A stretch of DNA of 64,000 bases from an uncultured delta proteobacterium (GCA_963841435.1 CAWJCS010000003.1:1312001-1376000); one strand, 5' to 3'; positions 26,601 to 35,704 are shown, numbered from the stretch's first letter. Notes: a model not told the origin generated them from the sequence alone. Translations and numbers: made by a program.

Positions 26601-28057
26601 GCGACGCGTTCGTCGCCCGTCAGGAGCTCGAGCGCGGCCCTTGCGTCATTGAAGCGACCACGATCCAGGAAGTAGCTCGCGCGCAGGAGCGCGTCGTCCG
26701 GCACGGTCACGCGCACGGCGGAGGCCCCTAGCTTTTCCTCGATATCCTCGGCCGAAGCGACGGCGTCCGCGGCAATGAGGCGCACGAGACGCCTGAGCTC
26801 GCCGGGCCGTCCCCCCGAAAGCTCCACGACGCGCCGGAGCAGCTTGTCGGTGAGCGAAGGCACGACGCGCCGGACGAGCTCCATGGCGGCGCGTTCGTCG
26901 AGGGGCGGCACCGCGAAGTCTCGCGCGCCTTCCTGAAACCGTGTGCCGCCGACGAGCACGAGGCGTGCCCCCGCCTCCCGGGCGCGGGCGAGCCGCTCGA
27001 CGCTCTCGGCGTCGAGCGCGTCCGAGTCGTCAACGAGCACCACAACGTCGCGCAGCGCGGGATGCGCCTCGAGCTCGGCCTGCAGCGACAGCGCCGAGCT
27101 CGGATCGTCGACGGACGCGAGCGCGCGACCTTCGGCACCGAGCGACCACGCGAGCCGGCGCACGAGCGCGCTCCGCCCCGACGACGGTGGCCCCTGAATC
27201 CTGAGGACGCCGCCCTCGGGGAGCGCGAGGACGGCGTCCAAGAGCTGCGCCGACGTGGCGTCGATGCCCACGATCGGCCAGAGCGCTACGTCGCCGAGCG
27301 CCGCGGCGGGCTGCTGCGGCAGACCCGAGGCCCGGCGCACGGCGATGGCAACCTCGTCAACCGATGGGTAGCGGTCGTCGGGGCTCGGCGCCGTTGCCCG
27401 GGCCACGACGGCCGCGAGCTCGCGCGCGACGAGCGGCGCCCGCTGCGCGGCGCGCGTCGCCTCGAGGATTTCCCCGAGCGTCACGCCGAGGGCGTAGACT
27501 TCGGCGCGGACCGTGAGCGGGCGACCCTCGAAGAGCTCGGGAGCGGCGTAGCGGGGCGTGAGACCTTCCGCCGTCGTGCCGCCTTCGCGCCAGGGCGCGG
27601 CGAGGCCGAGGTCGACGAAGGTGACGCGACCGTCCGCCTCGACGATGACGTTCGCCGGCTTCACGTCGCCATGGAGCAGGCCCGCCCGGTGCACGAGCGT
27701 GAGCTGATCTGCCGCACGCGTCAGCGCGGAGAGCAGCGCCTCGAGCGACGAGCCGTCGCGCACGAGCTCCTCGAGGCTCTTGCCCTCGACGAGCTCACGC
27801 AGGAGGTAGGCGCGCCCAGACGCCGCGAGCCGGCCGAACCTGAGCACGCGCGGCACGCCGAGCCCTTCGAGACCCGACAGCGCCACGGCTTCGCGCACGA
27901 GGGCGGCGAGCTCGCGCGGGCCTGCCGAGCCCGCGAGCAGCTTGAGTGCGTAGCTCCTTCTCGTGAAGCGATCGCGGACCGACCAAACTTCCCCGCCCCC
28001 GCCCTGCCCGAGGCGCGTGAGCGGCTCGTAGCGCGACGGAAGCTCGGTGTCGCTCAC
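23609..28057 (-). CDS. Ser/Thr kinase - degenerate P-loop - TPR - GAF - sigma54 AAA+ - HTH fusion regulator (1482 aa)
   Basis: LGQGGGGEVW, YALK, HGDVKPAN, DLG, YAAPE; GPPSSGRS; TPR-like block; GAF; GESGTGKE, GAFTGA, WPGNVRQLEN; HTH. Confidence 0.92.
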   Translation of the reverse strand: MSDTELPSRYEPLTRLGQGGGGEVWSVRDRFTRRSYALKLLAGSAGPRELAALVREAVALSGLEGLGVPRVLRFGRLAASGRAYLLRELVEGKSLEELVRDGSSLEALLSALTRAADQLTLVHRAGLLHGDVKPANVIVEADGRVTFVDLGLAAPWREGGTTAEGLTPRYAAPELFEGRPLTVRAEVYALGVTLGEILEATRAAQRAPLVARELAAVVARATAPSPDDRYPSVDEVAIAVRRASGLPQQPAAALGDVALWPIVGIDATSAQLLDAVLALPEGGVLRIQGPPSSGRSALVRRLAWSLGAEGRALASVDDPSSALSLQAELEAHPALRDVVVLVDDSDALDAESVERLARAREAGARLVLVGGTRFQEGARDFAVPPLDERAAMELVRRVVPSLTDKLLRRVVELSGGRPGELRRLVRLIAADAVASAEDIEEKLGASAVRVTVPDDALLRASYFLDRGRFNDARAALELLTGDERVAVGIARARLELGWGEAAHARAELERVAAALESSSEDDRRRHALYLGRAQVGTGSYPEALALLEPLAGADDLVGAEAAAYVGLALSLLGRHDEARARLEHSLLLAERLRSPRVEALVLACLGLSLQRADQGDPARAAYQRAIEAAERAGDAGTLAAVQLNLAGLLKIQGDMAGAIDSYAAAVDMGRRSGRRATVRQALLNLANTDLYLGRLARARASIEALEEQKHELPAMMKPQLLGRQAELLAQQGQLGRAAELFDQCADAFESIGHGVDAAEARFEALLASARSGSPDLAAQRKRLTKARAALGEAPAHKPLFLLATARVADLAGDEVGAREGFDAAIAAAREAGQKDWIWRALEARAELEELGGQPLLARRDREEALAVLEGIGARLPRDLREVYWNDPRRKKLRAEVPGAAAVAATELVSWSGPGTRAPVQTVRSATTLTGLGTVSQLVTPLEQRLARILEVNSDLVGELDLEKLTARVTDHAVDLARAERGFVLLSQPDGSLTVHTSRTRRGDEAHAEFSRSIAHRVIETREAVVAVNARDDAQVGAYASVHQMMLESVACVPILAPSGGAIGALYVETRLRRGSHFERELGTLRAFADQVAIALENARLIRENRERAEALEVANASLEEARQRLEETLGDRTEQLRRTRRRLRDARDTLYGHFGYRGLVGTSAAMRRVYALIDRLKETDVPVLITGESGTGKEMVARAIHTSSPRAAAKFLGVNCGAIPENLLESELFGHVRGAFTGADRERKGLFRECEGGTILLDEIGETPKKMQAGLLRVLQERTVRSVGGTREEPVDTRVIFATNRDLNELVQSGSFREDLYYRIHVVEVRLPSLRERLEDIPQLVDHFLGIFAARYRRDKKALSRDAMRRLGEYDWPGNVRQLENVLLNAWVMSEEPELLADELELPDGWVSRSEPVAPVAGNAGQKPEPGAAQARKGTVSEHRREERERILDALKRCNWNRVRAAEVSGIPRRTFYRRLREYGIQ

Positions 28058-28070
28058 GGCCGCGCTGTTC

Positions 28071-29018
28071 TCACAGGCCGTAGTCCGCGCCCAGCCCGAA
28101 GAACACCTGGCCGATACCGATACCGAAATCCAATCGTCCTACGAAGCGGCGATGGGGCTTGAAGCGAAGGCCCATCTGGAGCGCGAGCCACGGCATGATG
28201 ATCGGCTTGTTGCCGCCGTCGGCCCAGCTCGGCTCTTGGTAGTCACCGAAGTGCTGCTTGTCGCCGTGCTTGGGATCGGGGGCGCAGTAGTTCGGGTCGG
28301 GATTGCTCGGCCCGTTGCAGAGCGTCCAGGCGCCGTTGGGGCCGCGGTAGGCCTGCGCGCGGTAAAGCGCTCCCCACACGAATCCGAGCCCGGCGCTCCC
28401 ACCGTAGAGCAGACTTACCTGGGGGCTGAACTCCTTGCCCCACAAAAAGTCGGCCGTGAAATAGAGCACCTTGATGTGGCTCTCGACGAGCTCCATCGCC
28501 TCCGGGGGATTGGACGGCGCTTTGAACGGCGTCCGATCCATCGGGTAGGCGGTGTAGGTGATGGCAAAGTCGTATTCGAAGCCGTCCCGGCGGATGGTAA
28601 ACTCCGGGCCAATCGACGGGCCGAGCACGGTCTTGCCACCGTCGCCGAACGCTTCGATGATGAAGCTCGGGATCACGACAGCGCGCCCGCGGAGCCCCGC
28701 GAAGTAGTAGCTCTTGCCCTTCTTCTCGACCGGTGAGCCGTCCTCGCTGCCGCCGGACGATGCCTCGGACGCCTCGTCCTCGCCCTGGTCGCTCGCTTCC
28801 TTCGCCCCCTCCTCGGCGGGCTTGTCCTCCGCGGCCTCCGCGGAATCGCCCTCGGCGGGCTCGTCCTTTTTTTCGGAGCCCTCGTCGAGACTCACGTCTT
28901 CGGCCGCCGCCTCCTTTTCGGGCTCCGCCTTTTTTTCCTTGGCGAAAGCCAGGGATGGGGCGCCGAGCGCAAGCGACAGAATGAAAAGGAGCGGAAGAGA
29001 ACGAAAGGGGTGCGACAT
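28071..29018 (-). CDS. Secreted / outer-membrane beta-barrel-like protein with acidic N-terminal linker
   Basis: Signal peptide ...SLAFA; amphipathic beta strands; ends FFGLGADYGL. Confidence 0.7.
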   Translation of the reverse strand: MSHPFRSLPLLFILSLALGAPSLAFAKEKKAEPEKEAAAEDVSLDEGSEKKDEPAEGDSAEAAEDKPAEEGAKEASDQGEDEASEASSGGSEDGSPVEKKGKSYYFAGLRGRAVVIPSFIIEAFGDGGKTVLGPSIGPEFTIRRDGFEYDFAITYTAYPMDRTPFKAPSNPPEAMELVESHIKVLYFTADFLWGKEFSPQVSLLYGGSAGLGFVWGALYRAQAYRGPNGAWTLCNGPSNPDPNYCAPDPKHGDKQHFGDYQEPSWADGGNKPIIMPWLALQMGLRFKPHRRFVGRLDFGIGIGQVFFGLGADYGL

Positions 29019-29110
29019 GGCCTTTAGGTACCCGCTGCCCCGCGGGCGCCGGCATCGTGCCACGCCTGTGTGCCACGCCGCAAAGATGTTCGCATTTGTC
29101 TGTATTGAAT

Positions 29111-29126
29111 AGCTATTTTCGTGCCA
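29111..29126 (-). promoter_or_regulatory. Candidate sigma54 (-24/-12) promoter for the 28071-29018 gene
   Basis: TGGCACGAAAATAGCT (GG-N10-GC) on the minus strand. Confidence 0.5.
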
Positions 29127-29187
29127 GTCCGTGGCACAGCGGCCGACTTGACCCCAAACTCAATGGCGGATATCGGGGTAAGATTCC

Positions 29188-32100
29188 ATGAGGTGTGAGG
29201 GCGCACAGGCTCGCGTGCGGGCATTCGTCCTGCTGGTCGCGCTCCTGCTCTCGCTCGTGGCCTGCGGCAGGCGGGAGGCGGCGCGCTCCGACGACAAAGG
29301 CCCGACGGGCGGTGCCGACCAGGTGACCGAAGCCGCGCAGCGGCAGATCGCGGCCCTGGTGCGGGACAAGGGCACGCGCCCGCCCGCGCAACGGAAGCTC
29401 GACTCGCAGCTCGTTTACGCGCTCAGGATGCGACGCGGCGAGCCGATCGCGGCGGGCATCGAGCGGCTCGAGACGTCGGTTTCCGTCGCGCCGGATGGCA
29501 GCGTCGCCGTCGAGATCGACACGCACGCGGTCGAGCCCGTCACGGCGCTCGTCGCGGACGTGGGAGGCGAGGTCATCGGGGTGTATCCGGGGTTCGGCGG
29601 CGTCACGGCCCGCGTTCCCCTCACCGCACTCGAACGATTCGGCGCCTTGCCCGACGTGAAGTTCGTGCGGGAGCTTCGGGCACCCGTTCTCAATCGCGAG
29701 GTGGGCGAACGCGCGCAGTCGCTCGCTGCCGTCGAGCGCGCGGAAGGGCTCGGCGGCGCCTACCCCACGCGCGAGCGCCTGCGCGAGGCGCTCGCCGAGG
29801 CGGAACGGCGGCGCTCGGACCTCACGGGCGCAGGCCACAACGCCGTCGGGGGCCAGACCAACCTCGTGAATACGTCGCAGGGCGTTACCGTGCACCGCGC
29901 GGACGTCGCACAGTCGACCTACGGGGCGCTCGGACAGGGCATCAAGGTCGGCGTCCTGTCGGACAGCGTCGATTACCTCGCCCAGGTGCAGGCGCAGGGA
30001 GACCTGCCGGCCGTCACGGTGCTGTCCGGCCAGAGCGGCGTCCCCGGCACGGGCGAGGGCACGGCGATGCTCGAGATCGTGCACGACATGGCGCCGAGCG
30101 CCGAGCTCTACTTCGCGACGGCCTTTGGCGGCGTTGCGAGCTTCGCCGCAAACATCGTCGCGCTCCGTGCGGCGGGCTGCGACATCATCGTCGACGACGT
30201 CTTTTACTTCAACGAGTCGCCGTTCCAGGACGGGCCGATCGCGGCGGCGGTCAGCACCGTCACCGCGGCGGGCGCCATCTATCTGTCGTCGGCGGGCAAC
30301 GCAGGCTCGCTCGGCAAGGGAACGGCGGGGGTCTACGAGGGAAACTTCGTCGACAGTGGCACGAGCATCGCGCCGCTCAGCGGATTCGGCGCCATCAACC
30401 AATTTACGGACGGAACCACGACACTCAACTACAACCGTGTCGCCGGGACGAACGGCAGCGCCCCCGTCACGCTTTTTTGGTCGGACAGGCTCGGTGGTTC
30501 GAGCAACGACTACGATCTCTTCATCCTGAACTCGACGCTCACGGCCGTCGTCAACGCGTCCACGAATTTCCAGACGGGCACGCAGGACCCGTACGAGCAG
30601 AGCGGCATCTCGCCCTCGGTGGGGCGCCGCATCGTCGTCGTCAAGGCCACGAGCGCGCAGACCCGCTACCTCCACCTCAACTCCAACCGCGGTCGGCTCG
30701 ACATCGTCACGACGGGCCAGAACAAGGGTCATTCGGCCGCCGCCGACGCGTTCGCCGTCGCGGCCACGCCGGCCGCAAACGCCATCGGAGCAGGGCAGCC
30801 CGCGGGGCCCTACCCGAGCGCATTCAGCGCAGCGAACGTCGTCGAGAATTTCTCGTCGGACGGTGCGCGGCGCATCTTCTACGACCAGGGCGGCACGCTG
30901 CTCAACACGACGAACCCGAGCCTGCTCGCCGACGGCGGCGTGCTGCGTCAGAAGCCGGACATCACGGCGGCGGACGGCGTGTCGACGGCGACGCCCGGCT
31001 TCGATCCGTTCTTCGGCACGAGCGCGGCCGCGCCGCACGCGGCGGGCATCGTGGCGCAGATGAAAAGCGCGGCGCCCGCGGCGACGCCCGCCGAGATCCG
31101 GCTCGCGCTCACGACGACGGCCATCGATATCGAGGGCGCGGGCGTCGAGGTGAACTCGGGAGCGGGTATCGTGATGTCCGACAAGGCCGTCGCCGCCATC
31201 GCGGGCTCGCCCGACGGCACGGTCTGCACCGATGCGAGCGAATGCTCGTCGGGCAACTGCATCGACGGGGTCTGCTGCGACGAACCGTGCGGCGGCGGCG
31301 ACCCGAACGACTGCCAGGCCTGCAGCGCCGCCGGCGTGTGCGGCGCCGCGCCTTCGAGCACGGTCTGCCGCGCGGCCGTCGGCGCCTGCGACGTCGAGGA
31401 GACGTGCGGGGGCGCGGGCGTGTGTCCAGCGGATGCCGCCGTGACGCCGGGCACGGCGTGCGGCGGAGCCCCGACGGGCGTCTGCGACGCGCAAGACACC
31501 TGCTCGGGCACGGTGGGCGCCACCGCGACGTGCGCCGCCAATTTCCAACCGAGCTCCGTGGAGTGTCGGCCGGCTGCCGGCGCCTGCGACGTTGCCGAGT
31601 CGTGCACGGGCACGGGCCCCAACTGTCCGAGCGACCTGCGCGTCGCTGCGGGGACGACCTGCCGCGGTGCCGCCGACACGTGCGACGCGGTAGAGACCTG
31701 CGACGGCGTCGGCGTCGACTGTCCGACCGACGCGCGGATCCCGGCGGGAACGACCTGCCGCCCCGCTGCGGGCGTCTGCGACGTCGCGGAAGCCTGCGAT
31801 GGACTGGGCGTGAGCTGCCCGGGCGACGCGCGCCTTGCGGCCGGGACCGTGTGTCGGCCGTCGTCCGGAGCGTGCGACCCCGCAGAGGCCTGCGACGGCT
31901 CGGTGGACTGCCCGGTCGATGCCGCCGCTCCCGTGGGCACGCCCTGCGGCGGCGCGCCGAGCGGTGTCTGCGACGCCCAGGACACCTGCTCGGGAACCGT
32001 CGGCGCCTCCGCCACCTGCACTCCCCAATATCAGCCCTCCTCCGTCGTCTGCCGGTCAGCCGCAGGCGCCTGTGACGTCGCCGAGTCCTGCACCGGGTCT

Positions 32101-34404
32101 TCCGCGAGCTGCCCCAACGACACGCTCGTCGCGAGTGGCACCGTCTGCCGGCCCGCTGCGAGCGCTTGTGACGTCGCCGAGGCGTGTGACGGCGCGAGCC
32201 CAGCCTGCGACGCCGATGCCGCCGCTCCCGTGGGCACGCCCTGCGGCGGCACGCCGAGCGGTGTCTGCGACGCCCAGGACACCTGCTCGGGAACCGTCGG
32301 CGCCTCCGCCACGTGCACCGCCAACTACCAGCCGGCCTCCGTCGTCTGCCGACCTGCGGCTGGCGCTTGTGACGTCGCCGAGGCGTGCACCGGGGCTGCC
32401 ACGAGCTGCCCCAACGACACGCTCGTCGCGAGTGGCACCGTCTGCCGGCCCGCTGCGAGCGCTTGCGACGTCGCCGAGGCGTGTGACGGCGCGAGCCCAG
32501 CCTGCGACGCCGATGCCGCCGCTCCCGTGGGCACGCCCTGCGGCGGCGCGCCGAGCGGTGTCTGCGACGCCCAGGACACCTGCTCGGGAACCGTCGGCGC
32601 CTCCGCCACCTGCACCGCCAACTATCAGCCGGCCTCCGTCGTCTGCCGACCTGCGGCTGGCGCTTGTGACGTCGCCGAGGCGTGCACCGGGGCGTCCAGG
32701 AGCTGCCCCAACGACACGCTCGTCGCGAGTGGCACCGTCTGCCGGCCCGCCGCGAGCGCCTGTGACGTCGCCGAGGCCTGTGACGGCGCGAGCCCGGCCT
32801 GCGACGCCGATGCCGCCGCTCCCGTGGGGACGCCTTGCGGCGGCGCGCCGAGCGGTGTTTGCGACGCCCAGGACACCTGCTCGGGAACCGTCGGCGCCTC
32901 CGCCACGTGCACCGCCAACTACCAGCCGGCCTCCGTCGTCTGCCGGCCCGCGGCAGGCGACTGTGACATCGCCGAAGCGTGCAGCGGCGCTTCGGCGAGC
33001 TGTCCGAGCGACGCGCTACGGCCCTCGGCCACGGTCTGCCGGCCCGCCGCGGGCAGCTGCGACGTACCCGAGGCGTGCACCGGTACGGCCCCCGCATGCC
33101 CCCAAGACGCGCTCGTGTCGGCGGGCACCGTGTGCCGCGACGCCGTGAGCGAGTGCGACGCGGCGGAGACCTGCACGGGAGCGAGCCCGAGCTGCGCGGC
33201 CGACGCCGCCAAGCCCGTGGGGACGGCATGCGGAGCAGCGCCGAGCGGCGCGTGCGACGCGCAAGACACCTGCTCCGGAACGGTCGGCGCGTCTGCGGCT
33301 TGCTCGGCGATGTTCCAACCGTCCGGGACCGTGTGTCGTTCCGCTGCGGGCGATTGCGACGTCGCCGAGGTGTGCACGGGCGCGGCCGCGGCCTGTCCGA
33401 GCGACGCGCTTTCGGCGTCGGGGGCAACGTGCTCGGACGGCGACGCGTGCACGAGCGGCGACGCCTGTGACGGGACGGGGGCGTGCACGCCGGGCGCGGC
33501 GCTCGACTGCGACGACCAAAACCCGTGCACGGCGGACGGCTGCGATCCCACGCTGGGATGCGTCGCGACACCCGTGCCCGACGGCACGGCATGCAGCGAC
33601 GACAACGCCTGCACGGCCGGCGACGCCTGCACGAGTGGCAGCTGTGGCGCCGGACCCGCGCTCGACTGCGACGACCAAAACCCGTGTACGATCGACCAGT
33701 GCGACACCGGCTCGGGGTGCGTGCACGTGCTCGCGTCCGCCGGGGCCGCCTGCGAGGACGGCGACGTTTGTACGAGCGGCGACGCCTGCGACGGGACCGG
33801 CACCTGCACGCGCGGGAGCCCGCTCGACTGCGACGACGGCAACGAGTGCACGGCGGACGTTTGCCGCCAGCGGCGTGGCTGCGTGCACGACGCGCTCGAT
33901 GGGCGCCCCTGCAGAGCGGGCGCAGGGCGCTGCGTCGGCGACACGTGCGAGCTCGGTCCCGATGGCAGCGCCGGCGAGAGCGGTGCACCGGGCGAGGGCG
34001 GCTCCTCCGGCTCGGCGGGATCGACCGCCGGTCGCGGTGGCGCGACGACGGGCGGCGTGTCGAGCGGGGGCACGAAGACGGGCGGGAGTGCCGCGACGGG
34101 CGCCGCAGGATCGAATGGTGAGGCCGGCGAGGGCCTCGGCGGCGAGGGCGGCGAGGGCGGCGAGAGCACCGGTACCGGGGCGAAGGCACCCGAGCCGCCC
34201 TTCATCACGCATCACCGAGGATGCGGTTGTCGCGCTAGCCCGAGCCCCGGGGGCCAGAGCGCGTGGTGGCTCGGCATGATGCTGGCGTCGATGCTCGTCC
34301 GACGACGCGGACGAGTGGAACGGCGCGCCTCGACCTCATTTCGGCGCGGGACTGGGGTCGCCTCAACCCATCCCCCGCCGCCGGGTCGCAAAGCTCGACG
34401 CTAG
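29188..34404 (+). CDS. Giant S8 subtilase with Cys-rich disintegrin-like repeats and MYXO-CTERM anchor
   Basis: LVAC lipobox-like signal; GVLSDS, EGTAMLEIVHD, SSAGN, FFGTSAAAPHAAG; many CRPAAGACDVAEAC repeats; CDDQNPCT repeats; Gly/Ser linker; GCGC-TM-RRRGR tail. Confidence 0.88.
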   Translation: MRCEGAQARVRAFVLLVALLLSLVACGRREAARSDDKGPTGGADQVTEAAQRQIAALVRDKGTRPPAQRKLDSQLVYALRMRRGEPIAAGIERLETSVSVAPDGSVAVEIDTHAVEPVTALVADVGGEVIGVYPGFGGVTARVPLTALERFGALPDVKFVRELRAPVLNREVGERAQSLAAVERAEGLGGAYPTRERLREALAEAERRRSDLTGAGHNAVGGQTNLVNTSQGVTVHRADVAQSTYGALGQGIKVGVLSDSVDYLAQVQAQGDLPAVTVLSGQSGVPGTGEGTAMLEIVHDMAPSAELYFATAFGGVASFAANIVALRAAGCDIIVDDVFYFNESPFQDGPIAAAVSTVTAAGAIYLSSAGNAGSLGKGTAGVYEGNFVDSGTSIAPLSGFGAINQFTDGTTTLNYNRVAGTNGSAPVTLFWSDRLGGSSNDYDLFILNSTLTAVVNASTNFQTGTQDPYEQSGISPSVGRRIVVVKATSAQTRYLHLNSNRGRLDIVTTGQNKGHSAAADAFAVAATPAANAIGAGQPAGPYPSAFSAANVVENFSSDGARRIFYDQGGTLLNTTNPSLLADGGVLRQKPDITAADGVSTATPGFDPFFGTSAAAPHAAGIVAQMKSAAPAATPAEIRLALTTTAIDIEGAGVEVNSGAGIVMSDKAVAAIAGSPDGTVCTDASECSSGNCIDGVCCDEPCGGGDPNDCQACSAAGVCGAAPSSTVCRAAVGACDVEETCGGAGVCPADAAVTPGTACGGAPTGVCDAQDTCSGTVGATATCAANFQPSSVECRPAAGACDVAESCTGTGPNCPSDLRVAAGTTCRGAADTCDAVETCDGVGVDCPTDARIPAGTTCRPAAGVCDVAEACDGLGVSCPGDARLAAGTVCRPSSGACDPAEACDGSVDCPVDAAAPVGTPCGGAPSGVCDAQDTCSGTVGASATCTPQYQPSSVVCRSAAGACDVAESCTGSSASCPNDTLVASGTVCRPAASACDVAEACDGASPACDADAAAPVGTPCGGTPSGVCDAQDTCSGTVGASATCTANYQPASVVCRPAAGACDVAEACTGAATSCPNDTLVASGTVCRPAASACDVAEACDGASPACDADAAAPVGTPCGGAPSGVCDAQDTCSGTVGASATCTANYQPASVVCRPAAGACDVAEACTGASRSCPNDTLVASGTVCRPAASACDVAEACDGASPACDADAAAPVGTPCGGAPSGVCDAQDTCSGTVGASATCTANYQPASVVCRPAAGDCDIAEACSGASASCPSDALRPSATVCRPAAGSCDVPEACTGTAPACPQDALVSAGTVCRDAVSECDAAETCTGASPSCAADAAKPVGTACGAAPSGACDAQDTCSGTVGASAACSAMFQPSGTVCRSAAGDCDVAEVCTGAAAACPSDALSASGATCSDGDACTSGDACDGTGACTPGAALDCDDQNPCTADGCDPTLGCVATPVPDGTACSDDNACTAGDACTSGSCGAGPALDCDDQNPCTIDQCDTGSGCVHVLASAGAACEDGDVCTSGDACDGTGTCTRGSPLDCDDGNECTADVCRQRRGCVHDALDGRPCRAGAGRCVGDTCELGPDGSAGESGAPGEGGSSGSAGSTAGRGGATTGGVSSGGTKTGGSAATGAAGSNGEAGEGLGGEGGEGGESTGTGAKAPEPPFITHHRGCGCRASPSPGGQSAWWLGMMLASMLVRRRGRVERRASTSFRRGTGVASTHPPPPGRKARR
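31921..32950 (+). repeat. Intragenic tandem repeat, 297-bp (99-aa) unit, ~3.5 near-identical copies
   Basis: GCCGCCGCTCCCGTGGG recurs at 31921, 32218, 32515 and 32812 (period 297). Confidence 0.92.
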
Positions 34405-35219
34405 AGCTTGGACACGTTGAACGTGAAGCTGCGGTCGTTCGGACCGGTGAGCGTCACGGCGATGGTGTCGGCGTCAACGCGCGAGAAGTCGAGGGAGAGG
34501 TGCTTGTCTTCCGGAGTCGTGAGCGTGTAGCTGCCGGCCTGGGGCACCGGATCGGCCCAGCGCATCTCGACGCCGTTGACGCCGAGGTTCCAGTCGCCGC
34601 GAGCTCCGCTCCACGAGCGCGTGCCCACGATGCGGATGCCCTCCGCGATGCCGCCGTCCAGCGCCATCTGCGTGCGATCGCCGTCGCCCACGCCCGTGCG
34701 CCCCGACGCGAGGTGCGTCCACTCCGCATGGTGCACGACGTGCCGCTCCTTGGCGGCAAAATCCCAGGTCACGTCGGCGTCGCCGTCGAGCATGATCACG
34801 CCATTCGAGAAGGCGCTCCACTCGTGGTGGACGAGCACCTGGTCGTCGGCGTTCTTCTCGACGCTCACGGTCGTCGTGCCCGTGAACTCGTGTCCACGGT
34901 AGCTGCAGTTACCGGGGTTCACACCGTATTCCACCGTCAGCGTGGCACCCGACAGCGTGACCTCGGCGCACGGCAGCTGGCTCTCGACGAAGCTCCGGAT
35001 TTCACCCGCGGCCTGCTCGAGCGCGGCTCCGAGCGTGAAATTGGTCGAAATCTCGATACTTGCCGATGCGAGTGCATCCGCCTCCGTGGCGTCGCTCGAC
35101 TCCTCGAGGGCGGCTTGAGCCTCCGCGCGGGTGAACGGCTCTTCGCTCTTTTCGCGCGGGCAACCGGCGAGCACGAAGGAGAAGGGCAGGGCAAGCAGGG
35201 CGATGTGATTGAAACGCAT
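34401..35219 (-). CDS. Hypothetical beta-rich lipoprotein
   Basis: MRFNHIALLALPFSFVLAGC lipobox; GGAGG RBS. Confidence 0.8.
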   Translation of the reverse strand: MRFNHIALLALPFSFVLAGCPREKSEEPFTRAEAQAALEESSDATEADALASASIEISTNFTLGAALEQAAGEIRSFVESQLPCAEVTLSGATLTVEYGVNPGNCSYRGHEFTGTTTVSVEKNADDQVLVHHEWSAFSNGVIMLDGDADVTWDFAAKERHVVHHAEWTHLASGRTGVGDGDRTQMALDGGIAEGIRIVGTRSWSGARGDWNLGVNGVEMRWADPVPQAGSYTLTTPEDKHLSLDFSRVDADTIAVTLTGPNDRSFTFNVSKL

Positions 35220-35249
35220 GGTCGTTGGGTCCTCCAGACAGGATGACCA

Positions 35250-35265
35250 AGCAGGGGGCGTGCCA
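35250..35265 (-). promoter_or_regulatory. Candidate sigma54 promoter
   Basis: TGGCACGCCCCCTGCT (GG-N10-GC) 30 bp upstream of ATG 35219. Confidence 0.6.
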
Positions 35266-35301
35266 GCGCCCGTGCGCACCTCCACCTACCGCCGTCATGG
35301 G

Positions 35302-35631
35302 TCAGCCGCCGGCCGCCCCACGTCGCCCGGCTCGGATCTGAGCGACCGCCCACGGTCCGAGCACGTTCCTCAGCTGTTGCTCTCGCCCGGGGTCGAGCCC
35401 GCGCGAGACGAGGCGTGGTCGCCCGCCCTCGACCACGATGCGTACCTCGGCGCGCTCGATGGCGTCGTCGCTGAGCAAGTCCTCGAAATCGTCGAAGAGA
35501 CGGTCCGGGAGGCGCCCCTTCGCGAGGCGGGGCTTGCCCTCGACCACGTCGACCCGCGCGAGAAGCGGCGGACCACGCAGCACCCAGAGCACGAGCGACA
35601 GCGTCAGGACGGCGAGCACGAGCGGCCACAT
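35302..35631 (-). CDS. Small membrane-anchored protein, DUF3634-like
   Basis: N-terminal TM; G..RL...[14 protein letters not shown]-terminal pattern. Confidence 0.6.
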   Translation of the reverse strand: MWPLVLAVLTLSLVLWVLRGPPLLARVDVVEGKPRLAKGRLPDRLFDDFEDLLSDDAIERAEVRIVVEGGRPRLVSRGLDPGREQQLRNVLGPWAVAQIRAGRRGAAGG

Positions 35632-35704
35632 CGAGCGCCTGATACGACCTCGGCGGGCGACGCGCCAACGCCCCGAGCCGCTGCGGCAGCGCCGGGCTGC
35701 GCGC

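Noticed and set aside
31440..33400. CRISPR-like or mobile repeat array
   Set aside because: Repeats are in-frame coding units with no unique spacers and no cas genes.
29113..34189. Large minus-strand ORFs (971 aa, 1026 aa) opposite the subtilase
   Set aside because: Arg/Ala-rich antisense translations of the Cys-repeat gene with no domain motifs.
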